Shown one piece after another: positions 36,177 to 46,280 of a stretch of DNA of 64,000 nt. The notes under the pieces are model-generated. The model ran no database searches and was not told the DNA's origin. It saw only the letters and a list, made by a program, of their open reading frames with translations. The number at the start of each line of letters is the position of its first letter. The stretch's first letter is position 1. A program made the translations under genes and the position numbers. Origin of the DNA: Psychroflexus sp. (lineage in GTDB: Bacteria > Bacteroidota > Bacteroidia > Flavobacteriales > Flavobacteriaceae); assembly GCA_965656295.1 (NCBI GenBank), contig CBFHKB010000002.1, forward strand, positions 5,992 through 69,991, written 5' to 3'.

Positions 36177-37523
36177 TTAGATGGTCATGGAAAAGAGTTG
36201 TTGGTTTGGCTTTGCACGATTTAAGCGTTTATCAAAAGCCATGCAAATGTTTCTGATAAAAGCTTGTCCTTTTGGTAGCACATGTATGGATTGGTTGGTA
36301 TAGGTTAAAAGTTGGTCTTGTTTAAACTCCTCCAATTGTTTTAAGATAGAATTGATTCCAATTAATGTTGACTCTTCAGCAGTCCATTGTGTCTCAAAGT
36401 TACACATTAAGTCGAGAATTTTCTGCCGTATAATCAAATCTTCTTGATTTAAAATGTGACCTCTAAAGACAGGTAATTGGTTTTGATTAATTTTAGAGTA
36501 GTAATCTTCCAACTTTTTTTCATTTTGAGCGAATCCTAACCAGCTATCGCTAATTGCTGAAACTCCTAAACCAATCATGGTTTGAGTTTGTGTTGTTGTA
36601 TACCCCATGAAATTACGGTGTAGTTTGTTGGATGTAAAGGCTTGAGATAAATCGTCTTTAGGTAAGGCAAAATGATCCATGCCAATTTCTACGTAGCCCA
36701 TATCTTCAAGCATTTGTTTGCCTGTTTCGTACTGTAAACGCTTTAATTCTGGTGAAGGTAAATCATCTTCATTAAATCCGCGTTGACCATTACCTTTAGC
36801 CCATGGGACGTGTGCATAACTGTAAAATGCTATACGATCAGGTTTAAGCATTTTAGTTTTTTTAATAGTAGTGACCACATCTTCAAGACTTTGTTTCGGT
36901 AAACCAAAGATTAAGTCATGACCTACCGATTTATAGCCAACTTTTCTAGCTCTTGCTGTCGCTTGCTCTACCGCTTCGAAGGATTGTAGTCGATGTATTG
37001 CTAGTTGTACTTTTGGGTTATAGTCTTGTATACCATAACTTACTCTTGAAAACCCTAAATCATATAAAGTTTCTAGGTGTAATTGTGTTGTATTATTAGG
37101 GTGCCCTTCAAAGCTAAATTCTATGTCATCAGTCACTTCAACTGTGTCTAAAATAGTTTTAATCAGGTACTCTAAATGTTCAGCAGAAAAAAAAGTCGGC
37201 GTTCCACCGCCTAAGTGAATTTCTTTTAAAATGGGCGTTTCATCTAAAATCTCTAAATACATTTGCCATTCTTTTAAAACAGCTTCTATATAAGGTTTTT
37301 CGACATCATGACGCTTTGTAATGCGTTTATTACAAGCGCAAAAGGTACATAAACTTTCACAAAACGGTAGATGGATATAAAGGCTTATAGCATCTGGGTT
37401 TTGTTGGTGCAAACTATCCTTCCAAGTTGAAGTGCTAAAGCTGCTTTGATCCCAAAACGGTACGGTTGGATAACTCGTATATCGTGGGCCAGGCACATTG
37501 TATTTTGCAATTAAATTTTGCAT
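36177..37523 (-). CDS. hemN: oxygen-independent coproporphyrinogen III oxidase (radical SAM)
   Basis: N-terminal PRYTSYPT, the radical-SAM cluster CESLCTFC (CxxxCxxC), and a length of 448 aa. Confidence 0.9.
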   Translation of the reverse strand: MQNLIAKYNVPGPRYTSYPTVPFWDQSSFSTSTWKDSLHQQNPDAISLYIHLPFCESLCTFCACNKRITKRHDVEKPYIEAVLKEWQMYLEILDETPILKEIHLGGGTPTFFSAEHLEYLIKTILDTVEVTDDIEFSFEGHPNNTTQLHLETLYDLGFSRVSYGIQDYNPKVQLAIHRLQSFEAVEQATARARKVGYKSVGHDLIFGLPKQSLEDVVTTIKKTKMLKPDRIAFYSYAHVPWAKGNGQRGFNEDDLPSPELKRLQYETGKQMLEDMGYVEIGMDHFALPKDDLSQAFTSNKLHRNFMGYTTTQTQTMIGLGVSAISDSWLGFAQNEKKLEDYYSKINQNQLPVFRGHILNQEDLIIRQKILDLMCNFETQWTAEESTLIGINSILKQLEEFKQDQLLTYTNQSIHVLPKGQAFIRNICMAFDKRLNRAKPNQQLFSMTI

Positions 37524-37541
37524 CGTTTATAGGAATTTATT

Positions 37542-37549
37542 CAAAATTA
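37542..37549 (-). promoter_or_regulatory. -7 box (TAnnTTTG) upstream of hemN
   Basis: TAATTTTG on the minus strand, 18 nt before the ATG at 37523. Confidence 0.45.
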
Positions 37550-37706
37550 ACCCTAAATTGAGGCCTTATAAATGATAATTATCAGGAATAGTTGGAATTG
37601 ACATAAACTTGAGTTAAGCCAAAGTTTAAAAATGTGATTTACGTTAGTTTACTACTTTTAAAGGCTTTTTGTGATTTGTGTTACAATTACAAGGACTTAG
37701 AATGTC

Positions 37707-37714
37707 TATTTTTG
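37707..37714 (+). promoter_or_regulatory. -7 box (TAnnTTTG) upstream of the fatty acid hydroxylase gene
   Basis: TATTTTTG only 4 nt before the ATG at 37719, implying a leaderless or near-leaderless mRNA if functional. Confidence 0.35.
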
Positions 37715-37718
37715 TAAT

Positions 37719-38591
37719 ATGTTAGAGAAATATTTGAATATTTTCGAAGATTCTTATGGGGGTTATTTTAACTACTTGGTATCAGAAATTGCCAACCCAC
37801 ATTTAACCAATTACTTTTATTGGTTATTGGCACTTTCAATAGTGGTGCTTTTATTTGAAATTGTGTTGCCCTGGCGAAAAGGACAGAGGGTTCTTCGCAA
37901 AGGTTTTTGGCTAGATGTGTTTTATATTTTTTTCAATTTTTTTCTATTTTCTTTAATTGGCTACAATGCTTTATCAAATATCGGTGTTAACTTATTTAAT
38001 GATGTTTTGGCTTGGTTTGGCATTTCTAACATCGTGGCCATAGAACTGCAAAGTATGCCTGTTTGGTCACAGCTTCTAATTATGTTTGTCGTAGCCGATT
38101 TTATTCAATGGTTCGTACAAGTTCAGTTACATAAACAACCATGGTTATGGAAATTTCACAAAGTTCACCATAGTGTGCAAGAAATGGGATTTGCAGCTCA
38201 TTTTAGATTTCATTTTATGGAAACTATTATCTATAAGTCTGTTCAATACATTCCCTTAGCGATGATTGGGTTTGGCATTGAGCAATTTTTCGTGGTGCAC
38301 ATGTTTAGTGTATTTATTGGTCATTTAAACCATGCTAATTTACCATGGAATTATGGATGGTTAGGTTATATTTTCAATAATCCTAAAATGCATATTTGGC
38401 ACCACTCTAAACAATTACCACCATCTCACCGTGATGGGATTAATTTTGGTATTTCGCTTAGTATCTGGGATTATCTATTTAAAACAGCCTACATCCCAAA
38501 TGATGGCCAAAACATTGATTTGGGATTTGACGATGTAGAGGATTATCCACAAGATTTCTTAGGTCAACTTACACGACCGTTTAAGAAATAA
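37719..38591 (+). CDS. fatty acid hydroxylase / sterol desaturase family membrane protein
   Basis: Di-iron His boxes HKVHH, HLNHAN and HIWHH in a polytopic protein. Confidence 0.8.
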   Translation: MLEKYLNIFEDSYGGYFNYLVSEIANPHLTNYFYWLLALSIVVLLFEIVLPWRKGQRVLRKGFWLDVFYIFFNFFLFSLIGYNALSNIGVNLFNDVLAWFGISNIVAIELQSMPVWSQLLIMFVVADFIQWFVQVQLHKQPWLWKFHKVHHSVQEMGFAAHFRFHFMETIIYKSVQYIPLAMIGFGIEQFFVVHMFSVFIGHLNHANLPWNYGWLGYIFNNPKMHIWHHSKQLPPSHRDGINFGISLSIWDYLFKTAYIPNDGQNIDLGFDDVEDYPQDFLGQLTRPFKK

Positions 38592-38680
38592 TCGTAAAAA
38601 ACTATACTCTTTTAGCACGTAATCTTTATTTACTTTCTGATCATATACTTATATTTACCTAAATATTTAATGTAGGCTAT

Positions 38681-39166
38681 ATGAATCAAAACTTAAAGGC
38701 TAAGGTTAATGATAGGTTTGAATTTGAATTTACTAAAGATCAAATTGAAGCCCTAGACGCCCAAAGCAATACAGAATATACTTTACACGTTCTTGAGTCA
38801 TTTAAATCTCAGCGTGCTGAAGTTGTTTCTGCTGATTTTAACAACAAAACCTATCAGATTAAAATTAACGCCAATACCTATCAGGTCAAAATCTCAAACG
38901 ATTTAGATATTTTAATTAAAGATATGGGTTTAACCATAGCATCAGCAAGCGTGGTTAACGATATTAAAGCACCAATGCCAGGTTTAATTCTTGACATTGA
39001 CGTAAAAGAAGGACAGGAAATCAAAGAAGGCGACCAGTTATTAGTCCTTGAAGCCATGAAAATGGAAAACGCCATTACGGCACCTCGAGATGCTGTGATT
39101 AAATCTATTAAAGTCGAAACAACCACTACTGTTACAAAAAACCAACTCCTCATCGAAATGGAGTAA
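38681..39166 (+). CDS. biotin carboxyl carrier protein of a biotin-dependent acyl-CoA carboxylase
   Basis: C-terminal biotinyl domain with EAMKMEN. Confidence 0.85.
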   Translation: MNQNLKAKVNDRFEFEFTKDQIEALDAQSNTEYTLHVLESFKSQRAEVVSADFNNKTYQIKINANTYQVKISNDLDILIKDMGLTIASASVVNDIKAPMPGLILDIDVKEGQEIKEGDQLLVLEAMKMENAITAPRDAVIKSIKVETTTTVTKNQLLIEME

Positions 39167-39178
39167 AATGTCCCAAAA

Positions 39179-40624
39179 ATGAAGAAAATACTTGTTGCTA
39201 ATCGAGGTGAAATTGCCTTAAGAATTATGAAGACAATTCAGAAAATGGGCATTCAAACCGTGGCCGTTTATTCTGAAGTTGATCGCAACTCACCTCATGT
39301 TAAATTTGCTAATGAAGCCATTTGCTTAGGTAAAGCAGCTTCAAATGAATCTTACCTACTTGGTGATAAAATTATAGAAGAAGCCAAAAAAATAAACGTA
39401 GATGGTATTCATCCCGGTTATGGTTTTTTAAGTGAAAATGCCGATTTTGCTGAGAAAGTTGAATCTAGTGGACTTACATTCATCGGGCCAAAATCACATG
39501 CCATTCGCGTTATGGGAGATAAACTATCTGCCAAAGAAACCGTAAAATCCTACGAAATTCCCATGGTACCAGGGATAGACGAAGCCATTACCGATATTAC
39601 TAAAGCTAAACAGATTGCCAAACAAATCGGGTACCCTATTTTAATTAAAGCCTCAGCAGGTGGTGGAGGAAAAGGAATGCGCGTTGTCGAATCTGAAACT
39701 AACATCGAAAATCAAATGAAGCGGGCCATTAGTGAAGCTGAATCTGCTTTTGGAAATGGAGCTGTATTTATTGAAAAATATGTAGGCTCACCACGTCACA
39801 TAGAAATCCAAATTCTCGCCGATACCCATGGCAATGTAGTTCACTTATTTGAACGCGAATGTTCGGTACAGCGACGTCACCAAAAAGTAGTAGAAGAGGC
39901 ACCATCCGTTTTATTAACCTCAGACATTCGAAAGAAAATGGGAGAAGCGGCGATAAATGTTGCTAAATCTTGTGATTATGTTGGTGCTGGAACTGTCGAA
40001 TTCTTAATGGACGACCAAAATAATTTCTATTTTTTAGAAATGAATACTCGCTTACAAGTAGAGCACCCCGTGACTGAATTAATAACCGGTGTAGATCTTG
40101 TAGAGCAACAAATAAAAGTAGCCCGCGGCGAAGTCTTAGAACTTCAGCAAGACCAATTACAGATCAAAGGTCATGCACTTGAATTACGTGTCTATGCAGA
40201 AGATCCAACAAATGATTTTTTACCAAGTGTAGGAAAACTTGAAACCTACCAAGCGCCAAAAGGAGGAGGCATTCGGGTAGACGATGGTTTTGAAGAAGGG
40301 ATGGAGGTTCCTATCTATTACGACCCTATGTTATCTAAGCTTGTAACTTACGGAAAAGATCGAGAAGCAGCCATACAACGTATGATCGAAGCAATAGATC
40401 AATATCATGTTGAAGGTGTTTCAACCACTTTAGCCTTTGGGAAATTTGTATGTAAGCACGAAGCCTTTAGATCAGGGCATTTTGACACTCATTTTGTAAA
40501 ACTACATTATACTCCAGAAGTCCTTGAAGCCGAGCAAAAAGCCGAAGCTGAATTAGCGGCAAAAATTGCACTCAAGACCTATCTGCATGATCAAACCCAA
40601 TTAAGAATTCCTCAAACGAAATAA
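39179..40624 (+). CDS. accC: biotin carboxylase subunit (ATP-grasp)
   Basis: KILVANRGEIA, GGGGKGMR, EMNTRLQVEHPVTE. It may serve a propionyl- or other acyl-CoA carboxylase rather than ACC. Confidence 0.92.
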   Translation: MKKILVANRGEIALRIMKTIQKMGIQTVAVYSEVDRNSPHVKFANEAICLGKAASNESYLLGDKIIEEAKKINVDGIHPGYGFLSENADFAEKVESSGLTFIGPKSHAIRVMGDKLSAKETVKSYEIPMVPGIDEAITDITKAKQIAKQIGYPILIKASAGGGGKGMRVVESETNIENQMKRAISEAESAFGNGAVFIEKYVGSPRHIEIQILADTHGNVVHLFERECSVQRRHQKVVEEAPSVLLTSDIRKKMGEAAINVAKSCDYVGAGTVEFLMDDQNNFYFLEMNTRLQVEHPVTELITGVDLVEQQIKVARGEVLELQQDQLQIKGHALELRVYAEDPTNDFLPSVGKLETYQAPKGGGIRVDDGFEEGMEVPIYYDPMLSKLVTYGKDREAAIQRMIEAIDQYHVEGVSTTLAFGKFVCKHEAFRSGHFDTHFVKLHYTPEVLEAEQKAEAELAAKIALKTYLHDQTQLRIPQTK

Positions 40625-40627
40625 GTT

Positions 40628-42169
40628 ATGAGCTCAACCATAGACCAACTCAATAAAAAAGTAGAAGCAGCGCATCTTGGCGGTGGCCAAAAGCGTATAG
40701 ATAAACAACACGAGAAAAACAAGTTAACGGCCCGAGAACGAATTGATTATTTCTTAGATGAAGGCTCGTTTGAAGAAATAGGAATGTTAGTGACCCATCG
40801 GACAACCGAGTTTAATATGCAAGACCAAATATATTATGGCGACGGTGTGGTGACCGGTTACGGAACTGTTGATGGTCGATTAGTTTACGTGTATGCACAA
40901 GATTTTACTGTATTTGGTGGTGCTCTTTCTGAAACTCACGCCGAAAAAATATGTAAAGTTATGGATCATGCTTTAAAGGTTGGTGCTCCAATTATTGGCT
41001 TAAACGATTCCGGAGGAGCAAGAATTCAAGAAGGTGTTCGGTCGCTTGGTGGTTATGCCGATATATTTTACCGTAATGTTCAAGCTTCAGGTGTCATACC
41101 ACAAATTTCAGCTATTATGGGGCCTTGTGCAGGTGGCGCTGTTTATTCGCCAGCTATGACAGACTTTACCATTATGGTAGAAAATACGAGCTATATGTTT
41201 GTAACAGGTCCAAATGTGGTTAAAACAGTTACAAACGAAGAAGTGACTTCAGAAGAATTAGGAGGAGCAAGCGCACACTCTACAAAATCAGGTGTGACGC
41301 ATTTAACGGCTGTTAATGATGTAGATTGTTTGGAAAATATTAAACAACTGCTTAGTTATATCCCACAAAATAACCAACAAAAAGCCGCAAAACTAGACTA
41401 TAAATTAACTGAAGAATTACGGCCACAACTCAGCAGTATTGTTCCAGAAAATGCAAATAAGCCTTATGATATGCATGAAGTTATTAACGGGATTATAGAT
41501 GAAGATTCCTTTTATGAAATTCATAAAAATTATGCTGATAATATTATTGTTGGTTTTTCTCGCATTGGTGGACGTAGTGTAGGTGTAGTGGCAAACCAGC
41601 CGATGAGTTTGGCTGGTGTATTAGATGTAGAAGCCTCTAAGAAAGCAGCACGATTTGTGAGGTTTTGCGATGCATTTAATATCCCATTGCTCGTTCTCGT
41701 TGACGTTCCTGGCTTTTTACCTGGAACCGATCAAGAATGGAATGGTATAATTTTACATGGAGCTAAATTGCTATATGCTTTAAGCGAAGCTACGGTGCCT
41801 AGAATAAGCGTGATTACTCGAAAAGCATATGGAGGTGCTTATGATGTTATGAACTCCAAGCATATAGGAGCAGATTTAAATTACGCTTGGCCAACTGCTG
41901 AAATTGCTGTAATGGGAGCTAAAGGTGCTTCTGAAATTATTTTTAGACGTGAAATACAAGCCGCAAAAGATCCTCAGTTGAAGTTGTCTGAAAAGGAGAA
42001 AGAGTATGCTGATGCTTTTGCAAACCCATTTAAAGCTGCTCAACGTGGTTTTGTAGATGAGGTTATTCAACCACAGGATACACGCCGAAAATTAATAAAG
42101 GCATATGCTATGCTTGAAGATAAAACAGTCGAGAGGCCTCATAGAAAACATGGCAACATTCCACTTTAG
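40628..42169 (+). CDS. acyl-CoA carboxylase carboxyltransferase (beta) subunit, propionyl-CoA carboxylase / methylmalonyl-CoA carboxyltransferase type
   Basis: 513 aa with motifs [33 protein letters not shown] and RKAYGGAY. Confidence 0.92.
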   Translation: MSSTIDQLNKKVEAAHLGGGQKRIDKQHEKNKLTARERIDYFLDEGSFEEIGMLVTHRTTEFNMQDQIYYGDGVVTGYGTVDGRLVYVYAQDFTVFGGALSETHAEKICKVMDHALKVGAPIIGLNDSGGARIQEGVRSLGGYADIFYRNVQASGVIPQISAIMGPCAGGAVYSPAMTDFTIMVENTSYMFVTGPNVVKTVTNEEVTSEELGGASAHSTKSGVTHLTAVNDVDCLENIKQLLSYIPQNNQQKAAKLDYKLTEELRPQLSSIVPENANKPYDMHEVINGIIDEDSFYEIHKNYADNIIVGFSRIGGRSVGVVANQPMSLAGVLDVEASKKAARFVRFCDAFNIPLLVLVDVPGFLPGTDQEWNGIILHGAKLLYALSEATVPRISVITRKAYGGAYDVMNSKHIGADLNYAWPTAEIAVMGAKGASEIIFRREIQAAKDPQLKLSEKEKEYADAFANPFKAAQRGFVDEVIQPQDTRRKLIKAYAMLEDKTVERPHRKHGNIPL

Positions 42170-42385
42170 AATAGCTTAGATAGATAGAAGCCTATTTTCT
42201 GATATTTAATTTAAAAGTTATAAAAAATAGATGATCTGAAGTTTTAATGCTTATTTCTAATATTGTTTTAGTTATTTTTCAACTTTAATCAATTACTGCT
42301 TGTTTGAGGTGTTTAAACATATTGAATATTATTAAGTCTATTCAGTTTTAGATTTGCGCAGTGTTTTTTATCGTATAAAAAACGC

Positions 42386-42393
42386 TATTTTTG
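42386..42393 (+). promoter_or_regulatory. -7 box (TAnnTTTG) upstream of the GT2 gene
   Basis: TATTTTTG, 12 nt before the ATG at 42406. Confidence 0.45.
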
Positions 42394-42405
42394 TAAGATA
42401 TTATA

Positions 42406-43239
42406 ATGATGCAAGCTTCTGTTATTTTTAGTACATATAACTCGCCTTTATGGTTAGAAAGAGTTTTAGTGGGTTACGCTCAGCAAACAGTAACTGATTT
42501 TGAAATTATTGTTGCTGATGACGGCTCAACTCAAGATACTGCAAAGACTATTCAGGACATAAAAAATCGTTATAACCTTCAGCTTTGTCATGTTTGGCAT
42601 AAAGACAATGGATTTCAAAAAACACGTATTTTAAATAAAGCTATTTTAGCAAGCCGTAGTGATTATTTAATATTTACCGATGGTGATTGTGTTCCCCGTA
42701 AAGATTTTGTAGAAATGCATCTTAAGTATAGAGAAAAACAGCATTTTTTATCTGGTGGTCACTTTCCATTAAGTTTAGAACTCTCACATAAAATCACTAA
42801 TGATTCCATCATAGATCAATCTTGTTTTGATTTAAACTGGTTAAAAAAACAAGGATTAAAATCAAGTTTAAAAAATTTAAAGCTCACTAAGTCTCAAAGC
42901 TTAGCGTCTTTTGTAAATAAAATTACGCCTACAAAACCAACCTGGAATGGTGGTAATGCTTCTGCTTGGAAAAAAGATGTTTTAGCGGTGAATGGGTTCG
43001 ACGAACGTATGAAGTATGGTGGTGAAGATCGGGAGTTTGGTGAACGGCTTATTAATTTAGGAATTGAGCCTAAACGTATTCGCTATTTTGCCATCATTAT
43101 ACATTTAGAACATGAACGTGGTTATGTTTCTGAAGAAGCCTGGCAAACTAATAATGAGATAAGACATAACACTAAATCTGAACGCAAAATTAAAACGGAG
43201 TACGGTCTCAATCAACATGCTGTTTCACAAAACATGTAA
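42406..43239 (+). CDS. family 2 glycosyltransferase (LOS/LPS core type)
   Basis: SVIFSTYN, ADDGS, a TDGD (DxD-like) motif, and a C-terminal GGEDREFG typical of the galactosyltransferase C-terminal domain. Confidence 0.8.
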   Translation: MMQASVIFSTYNSPLWLERVLVGYAQQTVTDFEIIVADDGSTQDTAKTIQDIKNRYNLQLCHVWHKDNGFQKTRILNKAILASRSDYLIFTDGDCVPRKDFVEMHLKYREKQHFLSGGHFPLSLELSHKITNDSIIDQSCFDLNWLKKQGLKSSLKNLKLTKSQSLASFVNKITPTKPTWNGGNASAWKKDVLAVNGFDERMKYGGEDREFGERLINLGIEPKRIRYFAIIIHLEHERGYVSEEAWQTNNEIRHNTKSERKIKTEYGLNQHAVSQNM

Positions 43240-44269
43240 GTTGTTTCTTAAATAAGCTTGGTTTAAAAAGCCTATAAAATTCTGCATAGTTATCTTTTAT
43301 CTCCTTTGTTTTTTGGTTTTTAAATAGTTCAGGTTGGTAATCACTAAGGTGTACAGACTTATTAGGATAATTTACCTCAAAGCTATTCCAACCTTGTTTT
43401 GAAATCCAGGGAGAAAAAATTGAAAAGCTAGGGATATTAAGCGCTTTGGCGATATTAATGGCACCACCTTCATTACCGATGGTTACTTGACATTGTGAAC
43501 ATACACACATAAAATCTCGTAAACTACTTGGTGTTAATTCCCATAAAATTTGTTGTTGTGTTTGAGGTTCACAATAGCTTACTAATTCTTCAATTTCTTT
43601 ATGTTGCTCAGGCATATAATTAAGCACTAATTTAAGATTTATTTGTTGGCAGAGGTGATTAAGTAATTCAGCTAAATACTTTAGTGGGTAGGTTTTAGAA
43701 ATCATACTACCTAAAGCACTAACCATTATTAAGTTGTCGTCTTTAGAAACAAAAGAAGAAAGCTTTTGTGAGGTATTTTGAACTTCAGCTGAAGTTAAAT
43801 AAATTTGAGGTTTGTTAGTGTATATCTTAGCCTTGTTTTCTAGTTGAAGTAATTTAAGCCTGTTTTCAATTGCTGACCCCGCTTCAGTTTTAGCTTTATG
43901 TGTTATAGGAATAGTTTGTGTGTAGCAAAATTGAGTATAAAACTTTTTAAAACTATAGCGATAATTAGCTTTTGTAAATTTAGTAATTAGGAGGCTTCCT
44001 AGTTTAGAATACGCATCAAACACATGCGTATAATTTTGTTGAGCTATAGATTGAAGAAACCGATAAAACTTTAGGCGACTTTGACTATACTCATCTTCAA
44101 AAAACACAAACTTGTCGATATATTTATGGCCTTTAACAACAGGATATGTAAATCGATTAATTAGGTAATGTACTTCAGCAGTAGGAAAGGATCGTTTTAA
44201 GTTCTCACAAATCACACTGCTTGTAAGTACATCACCAATCATTTTTTGTTGTATTACTAAAATTTTCAA
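43208..44269 (-). CDS. family 9 glycosyltransferase (heptosyltransferase-like)
   Basis: MKILVIQQKMIGDVL N-terminus and the C-terminal GNEGGAINIAKAL pattern. The 3' end overlaps the GT2 gene by 32 nt. Confidence 0.75.
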   Translation of the reverse strand: MKILVIQQKMIGDVLTSSVICENLKRSFPTAEVHYLINRFTYPVVKGHKYIDKFVFFEDEYSQSRLKFYRFLQSIAQQNYTHVFDAYSKLGSLLITKFTKANYRYSFKKFYTQFCYTQTIPITHKAKTEAGSAIENRLKLLQLENKAKIYTNKPQIYLTSAEVQNTSQKLSSFVSKDDNLIMVSALGSMISKTYPLKYLAELLNHLCQQINLKLVLNYMPEQHKEIEELVSYCEPQTQQQILWELTPSSLRDFMCVCSQCQVTIGNEGGAINIAKALNIPSFSIFSPWISKQGWNSFEVNYPNKSVHLSDYQPELFKNQKTKEIKDNYAEFYRLFKPSLFKKQLTCFVKQHVD

Positions 44270-44285
44270 TCTAGTCTAGTTTGAT

Positions 44286-45101
44286 TTAAACGGCTACATC
44301 ATAAGTCCGCAATGCATCATTCAAAGATGTTTTTTTGTTGGTGCTTTCTTTACGTTTCCCAATAATTAAGGCACACGGAACGTTGTAGGTTCCTGCAGGA
44401 AATTCTTTCGTATAGCTTCCCGGAATAACCACCGATCTGGCTGGAACGCGGCCTTTCATTTCTACAGGAGTTTCACCTGTGACATCAATAATTTTAGTAG
44501 ATGCTGTTAGTACCACATTAGCACCTAAAACCGCTTCTCTTTCAATTCTAACTCCTTCAACTACAATGCTTCTAGAGCCTAGAAAAGCATTGTCTTCAAT
44601 AATTACTGGGGCTGCTTGTAAGGGCTCTAAAACACCGCCTATGCCAACGCCTCCAGAAAGATGAACATTTTTGCCGATTTGTGCACAACTTCCTACCGTT
44701 GCCCAAGTATCAACCATTGTTCCTTCATCTACGTAAGCGCCAATATTAACGTAACTTGGCATCATAATAACACCACTTGAAATATAAGCACCATGTCGCG
44801 CCACAGCATTGGGTACAACCCGAATGCCACGTTCTTTATAACCTGTTTTAAGTGGCATTTTATCGTGGTATTCAAATATGCCAGCTTCCATAGTTTCCAT
44901 TTTTTGAATCGGGAAGTAAAGTACTACCGCTTTCTTAACCCATTCATTAACTTGCCAACCATCAGCAGTTGGCTCAGCGCATCTCAATTCGCCTTGGTCA
45001 ATAAGTGAAATAACCGATCTTATACTATTAATAGTTTTGGTGTCTTTTAATAATTCACGATTATCCCATGCCTTTAAAATTAGGTCTTTTAATTCACTCA
45101 T
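44286..45101 (-). CDS. dapD: 2,3,4,5-tetrahydropyridine-2,6-dicarboxylate N-succinyltransferase
   Basis: 271 aa with a left-handed beta-helix hexapeptide repeat region (GAYVDEGTMVDTWATVGSCAQIGKNVHLSGGVGIGG). Confidence 0.88.
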   Translation of the reverse strand: MSELKDLILKAWDNRELLKDTKTINSIRSVISLIDQGELRCAEPTADGWQVNEWVKKAVVLYFPIQKMETMEAGIFEYHDKMPLKTGYKERGIRVVPNAVARHGAYISSGVIMMPSYVNIGAYVDEGTMVDTWATVGSCAQIGKNVHLSGGVGIGGVLEPLQAAPVIIEDNAFLGSRSIVVEGVRIEREAVLGANVVLTASTKIIDVTGETPVEMKGRVPARSVVIPGSYTKEFPAGTYNVPCALIIGKRKESTNKKTSLNDALRTYDVAV

Positions 45102-45162
45102 AACTTCAATTTTGGGTCAAATATACGGGTTTAGTGTTTTTTAAAACTCTTATTTTTAATCC

Positions 45163-45170
45163 TATCTTTG
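45163..45170 (+). promoter_or_regulatory. -7 box (TAnnTTTG) upstream of ruvX-def
   Basis: TATCTTTG, 14 nt before the ATG at 45185. Confidence 0.45.
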
Positions 45171-45184
45171 CTTAAAATTACATT

Positions 45185-45589
45185 ATGCCTAAAGCTATTG
45201 CACTTGATTTTGGACTTAAACGAACTGGCATCGCAGAGACAGATGAGCTAAAGCTGATTGCCTCTGGTCTAAAAACAGTTGAAAGTAAGTTACTTATGCC
45301 TTTCTTAGAAGATTACATTAAGTCTAATACCGTTGATGTGATTGTGATAGGTGAGCCTAAACATGTGGATGGAAATGCAATGGCGATTGAAAAAAATATT
45401 TCATTTTTAATTGAAGATTTACAGCAGAAGTTTCCACATATTAGCATTAAACGTATCGATGAAAGGTTTACATCTAAGATGGCTTTTCAAACCATGATCG
45501 ATTCAGGTTTAAAGCAAAAAAAACGCCGAAACAAAGCCTTAATCGACGAAATAAGCGCGACTATAATTTTACAAAACTATCTTAATTGA
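45185..45589 (+). CDS. ruvX: Holliday junction resolvase-like pre-16S rRNA nuclease RuvX/YqgF
   Basis: AIALDFGLKRTGIA N-terminus, DERFTS and ILQNYL. Confidence 0.85.
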   Translation: MPKAIALDFGLKRTGIAETDELKLIASGLKTVESKLLMPFLEDYIKSNTVDVIVIGEPKHVDGNAMAIEKNISFLIEDLQQKFPHISIKRIDERFTSKMAFQTMIDSGLKQKKRRNKALIDEISATIILQNYLN

Positions 45590-45635
45590 TGATTAATTAG
45601 TTAGTATTCATTAATTTTGCCCGAAAATTTAGCGT

Positions 45636-46226
45636 ATGTTATTACCTATTGTGGCTTACGGTGATCCTGTTTTAAAAAAGAAAGCTCAACCCATTACTCA
45701 GGCCTATCCAAAACTGGATCAATTGATAGATGATATGTGGGAAACCATGTATAATGCTCATGGTGTTGGTTTAGCTGCACCACAAATTGGCCTTTCTATT
45801 CGTTTGTTTGTTATTGATGCTTCTCCATTTGCTGAAAGTGAAGAGTTAACAGTTGAAGAACAAGACGTTTTAAATGGCTTTAAAAAAGTATTTATAAATC
45901 CACAAATTATAGAAGAGACAGGAGATGAATTTGATTTTAATGAAGGTTGTTTAAGTATTCCAGATGTTCGGGAAGATGTTTTTAGAAAACCAAATATCAA
46001 AATGACTTATCTCGATGAAAACTTTGATGAACATACCGAAGAGTTCACAGGTCTAGCAGCTCGAGTGATTCAACACGAATATGATCACATAGAAGGTGTT
46101 TTGTTTACCGATCGTATATCGAGCCTTAAAAAGCGTTTAATTAAAGGGAAGCTTGCTAACATCTCTAAGGGTAAAATTAATATAGATTACCGTATGCGTT
46201 TTCCTAAGTTAAAAAAACGCCGTTAA
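45636..46226 (+). CDS. def: peptide deformylase
   Basis: GVGLAAPQIG, EGCLSIP and HEYDH motifs. Confidence 0.95.
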   Translation: MLLPIVAYGDPVLKKKAQPITQAYPKLDQLIDDMWETMYNAHGVGLAAPQIGLSIRLFVIDASPFAESEELTVEEQDVLNGFKKVFINPQIIEETGDEFDFNEGCLSIPDVREDVFRKPNIKMTYLDENFDEHTEEFTGLAARVIQHEYDHIEGVLFTDRISSLKKRLIKGKLANISKGKINIDYRMRFPKLKKRR

Positions 46227-46280
46227 ACTTTTGCTTATTTAATCACAAGTCGCATATTTGCGTCCAAAAAAATAACAATT

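Noticed and set aside
38881-39153. 90-aa minus-strand ORF inside the BCCP gene.
   Set aside because: It is antisense to the conserved biotinyl domain (EAMKMEN) and is most likely a shadow ORF.
42177-42188. (TAGA)x3 microrepeat just after the carboxyltransferase stop.
   Set aside because: It is too short to be a meaningful tandem repeat and is expected by chance in AT-rich DNA.
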